64,000 nucleotides of DNA from an uncultured virus (IMG/VR IMGVR_UViG_3300035662_000021). Lineage: Duplodnaviria > Heunggongvirae > Uroviricota > Caudoviricetes. The notes under the pieces were generated by a model. That model made no database searches and had not been told where the DNA came from. It saw only the letters and a program-made list of their open reading frames with translations. The position numbers and the translations under genes are program-made. The stretch's first letter is position 1. Each line of letters opens with the position of its first letter. The stretch is taken from IMG/VR virus record IMGVR_UViG_3300035662_000021; one strand, written 5' to 3'. Below are positions 19,906-29,600 of the stretch, piece by piece.

Positions 19906-20706
19906 TCAGCGAGGCTTGCCGAATGCCTCGCTGAACATCTGCCCGGTTGGCATCTTGGAGAGGTCGGCGGTGGTGTTGATCCGGCCGTCACGGCCACCAC
20001 GGGCACCGCCGCCGGAGCCGTATTCGGGCTGGAAGTGCATGCCGTGAACGGGATCCTTGCGGAGCCTGGCGAAGTGCTCGCGCAGGGTGATCCGCTTGCC
20101 GGTTTCTGCATCGAGGGCGGGTGTGCCGTCTGCATCGAGCAGGTAGAGGCCGTTTTTGTCCTCGGCGTAGCTCTGGCCGAAGACCTGCCAGATGTAGTCG
20201 AATGGCGTGCGGCCGTCGATCTCCGATGCGTCGGTGGAGCCTTTGGATGCAAGGAATTCGCGTTCGGCCTTAACGCGGAGGGCCTCGCGTTCGGCAGCGG
20301 ATGCCTTGGACTGGAGTTCACCGGTGAGCTTGGTCAGCTGCTCCTGGTACTTCCGCTCCTGATCAGCGAGGCGGGAGTTGATCTGCTGCTCCAGCAGCTG
20401 CGCCTGCTGCTCGGCGGCCGTGGCCTTGGCCTGTGCTTCGGCCAGGAGCTGCGGGTTGACCTGGCCGACTTCTTTCAGCTGCGCTTCGAGCTGTGCAGCA
20501 CGGGCAGCGTTCTGGCGGTTCAGCTTGCGTTCTGCGTCGAGTGCCTTCTTCAGGCGATCAGCATCAGTGAGCTGGGTGGGGTCGTCGCCGGCAGGGTCGG
20601 CATCAGAGGCGCCACCAGCAGGAGGATCGGTAGGGGGTTCAGGATCAACGCAGGGGAACATCCCCGCCATGTGGTCAGGGCGGGAGAGGTGGGAACGGAA
20701 ACGCAT
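19906..20706 (-). CDS. Head scaffolding protein
   Basis: LKKALDAERK coiled coil, GSGGGA C-terminus; upstream of capsid. Confidence 0.8.
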   Translation of the reverse strand: MRFRSHLSRPDHMAGMFPCVDPEPPTDPPAGGASDADPAGDDPTQLTDADRLKKALDAERKLNRQNAARAAQLEAQLKEVGQVNPQLLAEAQAKATAAEQQAQLLEQQINSRLADQERKYQEQLTKLTGELQSKASAAEREALRVKAEREFLASKGSTDASEIDGRTPFDYIWQVFGQSYAEDKNGLYLLDADGTPALDAETGKRITLREHFARLRKDPVHGMHFQPEYGSGGGARGGRDGRINTTADLSKMPTGQMFSEAFGKPR

Positions 20707-20884
20707 GGCATCACGCCTAGGTGCGTTGGAGTTTTCCGGGCCTCTGCGTAGTGGTGGCCTTGGCGAGTTTGATGCGCTGGCTAGCGACCCGGAACTGGGC
20801 CGCCTCCACCAGGTGGGCGATGGGATCCTCGGCGGGGATCTGGTTGCCGGGTTGCGGGGTGGTCATGGGAATGGTTGCGGAGTA

Positions 20885-21769
20885 TCACGCCGCTGGTTTA
20901 AGGATTAGGCTTTTAAGCGGCCTACAGAACGGATAAGGGAGCGGCTCGATAGTCTCGGCATCGCCATACACGGCGCGATCTTGAATTCTGATTGGGCTGA
21001 TAGCCACCCCGGTGCTTGCGTCTCTTAAAAGCCTGAAGCGCAGTATATCGGGAGAACTGGCCGACGTAGATTCATCGTATATTTTCTGGCCGTTGCGATG
21101 AACTGTAATCTTATTGCCGCTAATTTTTTGTATTGCATAATGAACATAGCTTGGACTATTATTAGCAATGTTCAAAAAGTCATAATTAACCCCATCTTGG
21201 GATGCTAAAATGAAAGTTGAATAGGTAGTAATGTCAAAGCGGGTATTCGCAGGCAGAGTTGAGCCGTTGAATAGCTCGATTCTGACCGTGCCCGTAGACC
21301 CTTCCTGCTTGACTAGATACTGGACAGTAAACTCGCCAGTGCTTGCGTCAATCTCGGTTTCGCCAAAATCAACGTTCCAAGCTTCTTGGAGGAACGTGGT
21401 CACGATCTCTTCCACATCAATCGTGTAAGCAGTAAATCCATCGCCCTCTACTATCGAATAAGGCTCGATGGCGCTTGCTTCGCGAGTGATAACAGCCCCT
21501 TCGTCATTTGCCAGCGGCGGGGCTGTCGAAGGGAAGTAAATGAATACGCCGTCGCAACCTAACCCATAATTAGCCACCGCCGCCGGCTGCGGTCGCTTCC
21601 ACCTCTTGCTGTCAGCGCCGAACTTACGGGACTGCGGCTTGGGCTGCAGCGGCGGCTGGCGAAGCAGTTCTTGGCGATCGAGCAACCTGCGGCGGTTGGC
21701 CATGATCCGTGCCTTCACCGCCTCAAGGATTGCATCAGGCACATCTTCCAGGTTGATGTTTAGCGTCAT
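20885..21769 (-). CDS. Tail protein with low-GC lectin/LamG-like domain
   Basis: HYAIQK...VHRNG, IRIQDRAVY; AT-rich core. Confidence 0.65.
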   Translation of the reverse strand: MTLNINLEDVPDAILEAVKARIMANRRRLLDRQELLRQPPLQPKPQSRKFGADSKRWKRPQPAAVANYGLGCDGVFIYFPSTAPPLANDEGAVITREASAIEPYSIVEGDGFTAYTIDVEEIVTTFLQEAWNVDFGETEIDASTGEFTVQYLVKQEGSTGTVRIELFNGSTLPANTRFDITTYSTFILASQDGVNYDFLNIANNSPSYVHYAIQKISGNKITVHRNGQKIYDESTSASSPDILRFRLLRDASTGVAISPIRIQDRAVYGDAETIEPLPYPFCRPLKSLILKPAA

Positions 21770-22167
21770 GGCTTGATGCCTAGAGTGATATTGAACGCAC
21801 GGGATTGACCAGCAGCAAGCACCTGCGGCACCTCATACAACCGCACGGCATAGGGTCTGGTCCTGGTGGTGCCGATCTTGATGATCATCGCATCGAAGGT
21901 GAACCCAGCGCCGGTTGCAGGGCCAAACTGGCCGGTGATCACGGGCGATTCCACCCTGCCATTGGTGGTGTTGTAGACACCGTTGCCGACGGTGCCGGTT
22001 ACATCGGCATAACCGTTTGCTGATGCCAGCTTGGCTGCTTCCCATGCGGTGAGCGTGCTGGCCAGGGTGAGGCTGCCGGTGGTGGCGAGGAACACCCTGT
22101 AGGTCTGACCGTCGAGGATCAGGCCCGACTGAAACTCAAGCTCGCCTTGGGAGATAACGAAGCTCAT
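21766..22167 (-). CDS. Tail structural protein
   Basis: Resembles the adjacent 22170-22601 (NGY, F.ATG). Confidence 0.7.
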   Translation of the reverse strand: MSFVISQGELEFQSGLILDGQTYRVFLATTGSLTLASTLTAWEAAKLASANGYADVTGTVGNGVYNTTNGRVESPVITGQFGPATGAGFTFDAMIIKIGTTRTRPYAVRLYEVPQVLAAGQSRAFNITLGIKP

Positions 22168-22169
22168 GG

Positions 22170-22601
22170 TCAGGCCACCGTGAAGGTCACGATGCCGTTA
22201 GCGTTCCAGATGATCTTGAAATCAGTCCCAGTGCCAGCGGTCTCGGCGCCGTCGAAGTCGATGAATGCAACCGGCGGATCATCGGCGTCGGTGTCGTTGT
22301 AGAGAATCGCGAAACTGGCCGTGATCGCGCCACCACTGGCCGCCCACGTCACATCATCTGCGTCGAACTTTGCCTCGTTTGTGTTGACGGTTGTCACCGC
22401 CGCATTAGCAAGCGTGGCGCCGCCGGTGGTGTAGCCGTTGCCGTTGGCGACCTCGGTGCCACCAGTGGCCGCCAGTGTGGTGTGCGTGGCGTTGAAGGTG
22501 GCTGCCGTGAGCAGCTTTACCTTGTAGGTGTCACCAACAGCATTGGCACCGCTGCCAAAGCGTGCGCGGGTGTGGTTGTAGAGGCTGATAGTGGGGGCCA
22601 C
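22170..22601 (-). CDS. Tail structural protein
   Basis: DTYKVKLL, NGYTTGGATL, FDADDVTW, WNANGI. Confidence 0.8.
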   Translation of the reverse strand: MAPTISLYNHTRARFGSGANAVGDTYKVKLLTAATFNATHTTLAATGGTEVANGNGYTTGGATLANAAVTTVNTNEAKFDADDVTWAASGGAITASFAILYNDTDADDPPVAFIDFDGAETAGTGTDFKIIWNANGIVTFTVA

Positions 22602-22634
22602 GGTGCTCGGCGGGCTGTGGCCCTAGTTTTCCGG

Positions 22635-24128
22635 TTAGGCCGAGGGGAATGGTGCGGTGGGCGGGGTGAAGTTGGCGGTGTAGCGGGCGATGCCTTTGGT
22701 GATGCGGAACCCACCCATCAAGCCATCGTAAACATAGATCGTGCCGAACGAAAGACCGTAACGTCCTATATCAATTTGATTGTGCGTAAAGTTGTTATTC
22801 CATGTGCGATCAGATCCTAGCTGCGCGCCGTCAACAAAAAACCTAACGGTCGTGCCACTTCTGGCAATTGCAATGTGCTGCCAAATGCCCGCACTAGCCG
22901 CGCCCATATTCTCAATATTACCGTTGCCGCCAACGCCAGCTTGTGATAACCACCAGTCGCCTAGGTAGAGCGACAAGGATGGCCCTGCTATTCCAAATGT
23001 AAATACTCCATCGTTGCCGCTAACTGTATCCGGCTTAAGCCACATTTCAATTGTAAAATCACCGGTTCCCAGCACAAGCTCGGAGCTGGTCGCAGTTTGA
23101 ATGTAAGTGCCATCGGCTCCATCGAAAACTGCAGCCGCTGTGCCGTACTTTTTATCGGCAGTTGTTAACTGTGCTCCGCCATAGGCTGTAACCGTCAACC
23201 CATTAGAACTGCTATCCGTAAACGTCGTGCTGCCATTGCTGCCATCCATGTGCAGCAGCAGCGAGACGTTGGCGAAGTCGGGGTCGCCAACTGCGCCAGT
23301 GGTCACCACAGGCGCCAGAGCGGCCACAGCGACACCTGCTGCAGGCAGCGTCACGCTGACTTCAGATGTCACCACAGGCGCCAGTGCGGTCACAGCGATA
23401 CCTGCTGCAGGCACCCCCACACTTGCACCAGTGCTTACGCCGGGCACCAACGCCGCGACCGTCACCCCCGCAGCAGGCACCACACCACCAGCGAACACCT
23501 CAATAAACCCACCAGTCGCCAACTCAAACGTCTCAGCCGGCAGCGTCAGAACGTACTCGTACTCGATCGCGCCGATGAATCCGCCGGTCATCACCTCAGC
23601 GCTTTCAGACTCAAGCACCGGGATGATCAGCAGCAGATCATCCGGCTGGCTGACTGCATAACGATCAGATCCATTGGTCGGCAGCGCAGCCAGTGCAGCA
23701 GCAACACTGGCCGGGTCGCGTGGGTTGAACCCAGCCGGGATAGCGATCGAGTTTGCCTTCACGGTCACGTCCGTATCCGGCACTGGCGTGGGGTTGAGGC
23801 CTGTGCTCGCCACCGGCAGCCGCACCCAGCTGGATGATGGCGCCGATGCGCCCGTGTAGCCGGTCACACCAGACAGCGACAGGTCGGCGCTCACTACCAG
23901 GCCGTTGCTGTCCCAGGCGTAGCTGGCGCCATCCATGAGAAACGCTGCCTCGATGCCCGCCATGCGGATGTAGATCGGATCCAGATCACGGGTCGGCACT
24001 TCGCCAAAGCCGGTCACGATGTTCTGGCCGAAGGCATGGCCGGCCTGCAGCAGCACCTGAGCATTGCCGAACAGCATTGCTGCACGTGCGGCCTGGCCTC
24101 TGTTGAGCGTAAGGGTGGGATCAGTCAT
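22635..24128 (-). CDS. Tail protein with C-terminal LamG/ConA-like domain
   Basis: VSLLLHMDGSNGSTTFTDSS, DFTIEMW, WQHIAIARSG, RITKGIARYTANFTPP. Confidence 0.85.
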   Translation of the reverse strand: MTDPTLTLNRGQAARAAMLFGNAQVLLQAGHAFGQNIVTGFGEVPTRDLDPIYIRMAGIEAAFLMDGASYAWDSNGLVVSADLSLSGVTGYTGASAPSSSWVRLPVASTGLNPTPVPDTDVTVKANSIAIPAGFNPRDPASVAAALAALPTNGSDRYAVSQPDDLLLIIPVLESESAEVMTGGFIGAIEYEYVLTLPAETFELATGGFIEVFAGGVVPAAGVTVAALVPGVSTGASVGVPAAGIAVTALAPVVTSEVSVTLPAAGVAVAALAPVVTTGAVGDPDFANVSLLLHMDGSNGSTTFTDSSSNGLTVTAYGGAQLTTADKKYGTAAAVFDGADGTYIQTATSSELVLGTGDFTIEMWLKPDTVSGNDGVFTFGIAGPSLSLYLGDWWLSQAGVGGNGNIENMGAASAGIWQHIAIARSGTTVRFFVDGAQLGSDRTWNNNFTHNQIDIGRYGLSFGTIYVYDGLMGGFRITKGIARYTANFTPPTAPFPSA

Positions 24129-25021
24129 CAGGTCACCCACTCGAAGAAGTCGTCTGGTGCGAACGGCATGGTGTAGTCCTGGGTTTTGATAACCACGTCA
24201 TCGAAGCCGTCGCTGTCAAATGCAACGCTGCCAGAAAATGTTTTCCTGTCGCCTCGTCCAGCGTTAATCGTATCGCGTGCGACTGAATGATCAGGTGGTT
24301 TCGTAGGGATGGGAGCGCGACCGATCTCTGTGCGCACCTCGGTTCCCTGAAACACCAGTGGGGTCATCGACAGAACGGAAGCGGCGATGTAAGCGCCACC
24401 GCCGCTTGAGTCCAGCGCGATGTCGCCTGTATTCTCCATCTGCGCCCTGAATGACTGCGACCCTTCCTGCGTGCTCCCGTAAGCTATCCATGTGCTGGTT
24501 TCGGTGCGCGTCACCTCCCGCCCATCGGCGGACGTGGCGGTGAAGTTCATTGTCTCCCTGACGGTGCTGGTGATCAGCGAAGTGCCTGGCGTGTAGAACT
24601 CGTACCCTCCATCGGGTATTGCCAGACCACCAGCGAACTCGGACAGCGAGATCCTTGTTTCAGCCCGTTCTTTCACGAGTACCGGCCCCGATGTCGAGCT
24701 GTCGTATTCGTACGTCGTCTCGATTTCAGTGATCGCATCACCGCCTGGCAGTCCCAGGCCCAGTGATAACTTCCCGACCACCAGTGCCCCGTTGATCGAC
24801 GCCTGCGTGGTGCGCTTGGTTTCGATCTTTCGCACCACCACATCAGTGTTTTCTGTTGCGCCTTCCTCGTTGATATAGGTGAATTGCGCAAAAGTAGTGT
24901 TAGTCTGGCCGCGATCGGTACTGGTGAGCGACACCGACCGCTGCTGGTCATCCTGGTTGGTGTAGCGAATCACCATCGTGCGCGGTGGTGAGACTGTTTC
25001 GCTGAAGGTCCAGTCGCTCAT
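24128..25021 (-). CDS. Tail protein
   Basis: Thr-rich; coupled. Confidence 0.7.
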   Translation of the reverse strand: MSDWTFSETVSPPRTMVIRYTNQDDQQRSVSLTSTDRGQTNTTFAQFTYINEEGATENTDVVVRKIETKRTTQASINGALVVGKLSLGLGLPGGDAITEIETTYEYDSSTSGPVLVKERAETRISLSEFAGGLAIPDGGYEFYTPGTSLITSTVRETMNFTATSADGREVTRTETSTWIAYGSTQEGSQSFRAQMENTGDIALDSSGGGAYIAASVLSMTPLVFQGTEVRTEIGRAPIPTKPPDHSVARDTINAGRGDRKTFSGSVAFDSDGFDDVVIKTQDYTMPFAPDDFFEWVT

Positions 25022-25815
25022 GATCTTGGAATGTTCCCGATATCAAAACGATTAGTCCATCCCTGCCACGTCAGCCGTGGCGGCGGCGTAGGTGGCGATT
25101 CTGCAGCGTTGTAAACCACGGTGAAATTGTCAGGCGGTTCTTCACCGTCAGTGATCGCTTCGATGCTGTATAGATTGTCAGTCGTCAGCACCGGCCCTCT
25201 CCGCCCGAGCTTGAAGTTAAGCCCACGCACCTGCAGTTTGCCATTAGGCAGTATCCTGCCAAACTTTGCCTCTGATCGGATCAGATCACCGATTACCTGC
25301 ACGTAGCCATTGCTCAGGTCCATGCGATACCGCAAGAACCGAAACGACAGCGGCACGCTGTTGCTGTCGAGCTGCAGGCCGATCTTGCCTAGGCAGTATT
25401 GAAGAAGATTCTGGGCGCTGATTGCATACGGTGCTGTGGTGAAGAATTGTCCATTGGGCAATGACACCCATTCTTGCGGCTGCTCAACCGAGGCATAGTA
25501 AAAATCCTTCTTCTTTAATCCCTCCATCAGCGTCAGCCTGCAGCCGATCTCAATCTCACTGATCCGATCCGCTGGATTTGGCACTGCCCGCACCACGAAC
25601 ATCGGCTTGGGGAACCGGGTGATCAGGTTTAGCTGTGGTCGCACCACGATCAAGTTCACCGGCGTACCGCGTGCCGGGTTGACGATCCCATCCATCAGCA
25701 GCCGACCTTGGGTTTTGATCAGCCCGCTGCCGTCGCTGATGTGGTTGCTGCCAACATCACCCGAGATGCACACACCCAGGTCGGTTGCGATGGTGGCGCG
25801 AAAATCAACCGTCAT
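25018..25815 (-). CDS. Tail hub-like protein
   Basis: Position after tape measure and distal tail. Confidence 0.7.
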   Translation of the reverse strand: MTVDFRATIATDLGVCISGDVGSNHISDGSGLIKTQGRLLMDGIVNPARGTPVNLIVVRPQLNLITRFPKPMFVVRAVPNPADRISEIEIGCRLTLMEGLKKKDFYYASVEQPQEWVSLPNGQFFTTAPYAISAQNLLQYCLGKIGLQLDSNSVPLSFRFLRYRMDLSNGYVQVIGDLIRSEAKFGRILPNGKLQVRGLNFKLGRRGPVLTTDNLYSIEAITDGEEPPDNFTVVYNAAESPPTPPPRLTWQGWTNRFDIGNIPRS

Positions 25816-26558
25816 CGGATCTGCGCCAGATCAACGCTCACCAGCGTCCGCGTCACCCTGGCGCCGGCCACGATCACGGGGGTCTGATCAATCACCGGCG
25901 GGGTCACAGGGAACCAAGACGCTGCAGCGGGCACGGTGGCGATCGTCGTCTCGTACCAGGTGCGGATCGTTGCGCCAGCGCCAACGGTGTTCGTCCACCC
26001 CTGGATTCGTTTCACCTTGGTGGCGACTGCCGGGCCGCGGATCACGTGCGTGCCGCTGCCGGTCAGCTCGATAGTGGGGCCATCCTCGTGGCCGTCGGGC
26101 TGTGCTGTGAGGTTCAGCGTGATGGTGCCCAGGGTGTAGGTGCCGAATGTGGATTCGTTGTCCTCAAGCGCCTGGCCGATCTCATCCTCGCGGGTGAGGA
26201 TCGCCAGCTGCTGGGCAGCATCCACCAGCTCGAACGACACGCCGACCATCGCACCCAGCGCCGTGGGTTGCGGTGCGGATGTGAACCAGGCGCCCACGTT
26301 GGTCCAGGTCATGCCGCGGTAGCTGCCGCTTACCAGGACGGTGCTGCCGACGGACAGCGAGATCATGGTGTCAGGATCAGCGATCCTCAGGTTCCGCCAG
26401 GTGGTGTAGATCCCGTCGAGCGTCAGCCACTCGGCCGGCGTGAGGATGCACTGCACCGGCCAGCTGCGTGCGGTGCGACCGGTGAGGGCATCACCAGTAT
26501 GAGCGAAGGGCACCTGCTGCAGCGCCTTGATCTGCAGGTTGCCGACGGTGATGCTCAC
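25812..26558 (-). CDS. Distal tail-like protein
   Basis: Follows tape measure; internal duplication. Confidence 0.7.
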   Translation of the reverse strand: MSITVGNLQIKALQQVPFAHTGDALTGRTARSWPVQCILTPAEWLTLDGIYTTWRNLRIADPDTMISLSVGSTVLVSGSYRGMTWTNVGAWFTSAPQPTALGAMVGVSFELVDAAQQLAILTREDEIGQALEDNESTFGTYTLGTITLNLTAQPDGHEDGPTIELTGSGTHVIRGPAVATKVKRIQGWTNTVGAGATIRTWYETTIATVPAAASWFPVTPPVIDQTPVIVAGARVTRTLVSVDLAQIR

Positions 26559-26662
26559 CAGCTCACCCCCACGGTGTTGTCACGGGTCGCCTGTCGGGTC
26601 ACCTCTCGGGTCGCCTCTCGGGTCGCCTGTCGGGTCGCCTCTCGGGTCGCCTGTCGGGTCAC
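26555..26662 (-). CDS. 35-aa mini-ORF made of 12-bp tandem repeats (ATRQ/ATRE)
   Basis: GTGA overlaps with both neighbours; repeat unit CGGGTCGCCT(G/C)T on + strand. Confidence 0.5.
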   Translation of the reverse strand: MTRQATREATRQATREATREVTRQATRDNTVGVSW

Positions 26663-29600
26663 CGGAGCATCTGCTTGAGCACCTGGCTGCCGGTGGGTCC
26701 GGTCTTGGTGCTGATGTTGACGTTCCACTGTTTCCGCGCCAACTCGCCGACCTCCTGCCTCAGTTTTCCGACCTCAACGGCGAGTGCTGCATTGCTGCCG
26801 CCGCCACCCATCGGCAGAGCGGCGCCAGCGCGGCCTGGGAGGGCACCCTGCTCCTGCAGGCGGCTGGTGATGCCGGCGGGGATGACGGTGCCATTGGCGG
26901 GAGCACGCCAGAGGGAGTTGGGCGCGGCGTTGATGAGCGAGAGGCGACCACCAGCGAGTAGTGCTTCCTGGCCTAGCTCGTTCACGCGGTATTGCTCGCC
27001 GGCATCAACCGGGCCACCTGTCCAGCGGGAGCCTGGCAGGCGGGATGCACGTTCCAGCCAGTCGTAGAACACCTTGGCGGCATTGGCGGCGGACTGGGTG
27101 CGGTTGGCCACCTCGCCCATCTGATTGACCAGTGGCAAGTTGGCGATCTGCTCGCCGAATGTCTTGGCGCCTGACAGCCACCCGGCGAAGTTCCGCGCAC
27201 CCTGCGCCGCTTTAGGCGCGGTGCCGCTGGTGCTGATGAATGCGCTGGCGATGTCATCAGCCGGGCTGGATGCGTTGCTCACCGCATCACCGATCCCACC
27301 GGCTGCATCGGCGGTCTTGCCTGCTGCGGTGGCCGAGCCATCAAGCTGGCGGTTCAGTGCTTCGGTGGCGCGGGTCACGTCCTGCTGGCTGCGGCCGAGG
27401 ACGAACGACCCATCAGCAGCGCGCTCGATCGCCAGCCCGGTCTGCTGCGCCACGGACGTGAGGCGGGCCTGTTCGGTAACGCTGTTGGCAGTGACGACGC
27501 CGACGCGATCAGCAGCGCCGGCCAGGGCGTTGATCGCCACCAGGGAGCCGTTGGCCTCGAAGCGGTAGCCCATCTGCGCGGCCTTGGCGCGTTCACCGTT
27601 GATCGCGGTTTCCTGCTGTAGGCCGAGGATGGCGGCCTCAATCGGTTGGGTTTGCTTGAGGGTGTTCTGCTGCTGGGTTTTGATCCCGAGGATCGCCTGC
27701 TGCAGCTCTACCTGCGCCGATGCTGCGGCGATTTCTGCCTGGCTGCCGCTGGCCTGCGCTTTCTGCAGCTCCACCTGCGCTTTGAGGATCTCCGCCCGCT
27801 GTTCCTGAACGGACAGATCCGCTTCCAGTCGAGCCTTCTGCTGGCTGAGCTCCAGCATCTTGATCTGCAGCTGCTGTTCCTGCTGCAGCGCCTGGAATCG
27901 TGCCTGCAGCGCCTGGCGGTCCAGTTCCTGGATTTGTTTCTTGATGGCACCGATCTGCGCTTCGGATGCACCACGCTTCTCAGCGCCGGCCAGCTCGAAC
28001 TCCAGCCCGGCCTTCACCACCGCAAACCGGGACTGCTCACGATCGGCCAGCGCCTGGGACAGGCCCACCAGCTGCTGGCCTACTGCCAGCTGTGCCTCCA
28101 GGTTGCGCACCGGTGCGGTGGCGATGATCTGGTTCAGCTCGGCTTCGGCTTGGGCGCGTGCTTTGGTGGCTTCCTGCGCTCGTTTCTGTGCTTCGGTGTC
28201 GGCTTGCGTTGCGGCAGTGCTGGCCTGAGTTGCGGGCAGCAGCGACTGCAGCTGCTTGATCCTGGCGTCGGTGAGCGTGTTGCCCTGCCGTGCTGCTTCC
28301 GCCAGCCGCAGTAGCTCATCGGCGTATTCCTTGTTACCGCTGTTCCGCGCTGCAGCAGCGAGGGCCTCGAACTGCTTGGCCAGCTCCAGGCCGTTTCCGC
28401 GTGCTTCCTCCAGCGCGGCGGTGAGGTTCTTAATCTGCTCGGTCTGCTCGGTGTTCGGCGGGCCACCGGCGGCCTTCAGTTCGGCGAACAGCTTGCCCGC
28501 GGCGTTCTCGGCATTGATTGCTTCCTGCTGGAGATTCAGCAGCGCGATGGCGGCCTGCTCTAGGCCTTGCGTTTGGTTGGCATTTGCGACGGTCTCCCGC
28601 CACTTGTTGAATAGGAACGTGACTGCCTCGGTCGCACCCTTCAGGCCAGGGATTGCGGTCTGCGCAGCGTTGGCGACAGCCTTGAGCGCATCCACCACCA
28701 GCGGGCCGATGCTGGGGATTCCCTGCAGCGGCGCCAGCAGTGCGCTGAGCGCATCGGTGTTGTCCTGCATCGCACGAGCGAAGGGTCCGCCGAGGCTGGT
28801 GAGCTCTCCAGTCTCGACACCGGCCTTCACCAGGGCAGCGGTCAGCCGGTCCTGGCCTGCAGCGGCCGACTCGGCGATCGAGCGCGAGTCAGCGGTCGAG
28901 CGGTTGTAGGTGTCAACGGCGAACACGACCGCACCGATCGCCAGCGCGAGCGGGCCGAACTTGGCGGTCAGCGCACCAATCTGCTGCTGCAGTGCACCGG
29001 TTTGAACTGATGTGGTGAATGCAGCCCATGCTGCCTTGGCAGTGGCTAGGTCGGTGATGAACTGAGTTTTGAGCAGGGTGGTGAGCTGCTGGAAGCCGGC
29101 GATGGCGGTGGCGATCTGCCCCTTGATCAGCTCGGTGTTGAGCGCCATCACGGCGAGCTTCACCGCCAGGTAAGCCGATGGCAGGCCCAGCAGCACGCCC
29201 GCCAGCGCCTTGAGTGGGCCGGGTACTGCAGCGATGGCCTCCACAAATCCGGTGATGGCATTGATCGAGCCGGAGACGATCGGCGCCAGCCCCTTGAACG
29301 TCTCCACCGTGAGGTTGCTGATCGTGTTCTGCAGGCGCTTAAGGCTGCCGTCGATCGTGGCGGTGGCCTTCTCTGATGCAGACGCGGCGGCGCCGGCGGA
29401 GGTGCGCTGGTTGTCCAGGAACTGGTTGTATTTCTCCAGCCCGTCATTCAGCAGCGGCATCAGCGCGGTCTGCGCCTCGGTGCTGCCGGTGAGGCGAATG
29501 ATCGACTCAGAGCTGGCGGCGCCCTTCTCCACCAGCTGCTGCAGGAACCCGCCGAGGCCCTTGGCTTGCAGTGCGGATGCGTTCCATTCGATGCCCAGCT

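Noticed and set aside
15402..20751. Long plus-strand ORFs (15402, 16913, 18843, 20035)
   Set aside because: Antisense shadows of GC-rich structural genes with no recognisable motifs
22635..25815. One tail gene broken by frameshift errors
   Set aside because: Junctions are clean ATGA and TGATG start-stop overlaps, consistent with separate coupled genes
26583..26660. CRISPR-like array or origin
   Set aside because: 12-bp head-to-tail units without spacers or AT-rich core; they fit a coupled mini-ORF
26762..26769. Late motif GGAAAACT inside the tape measure gene
   Set aside because: About 100 nt from the nearest start, unlike the other copies; may be chance, so not counted
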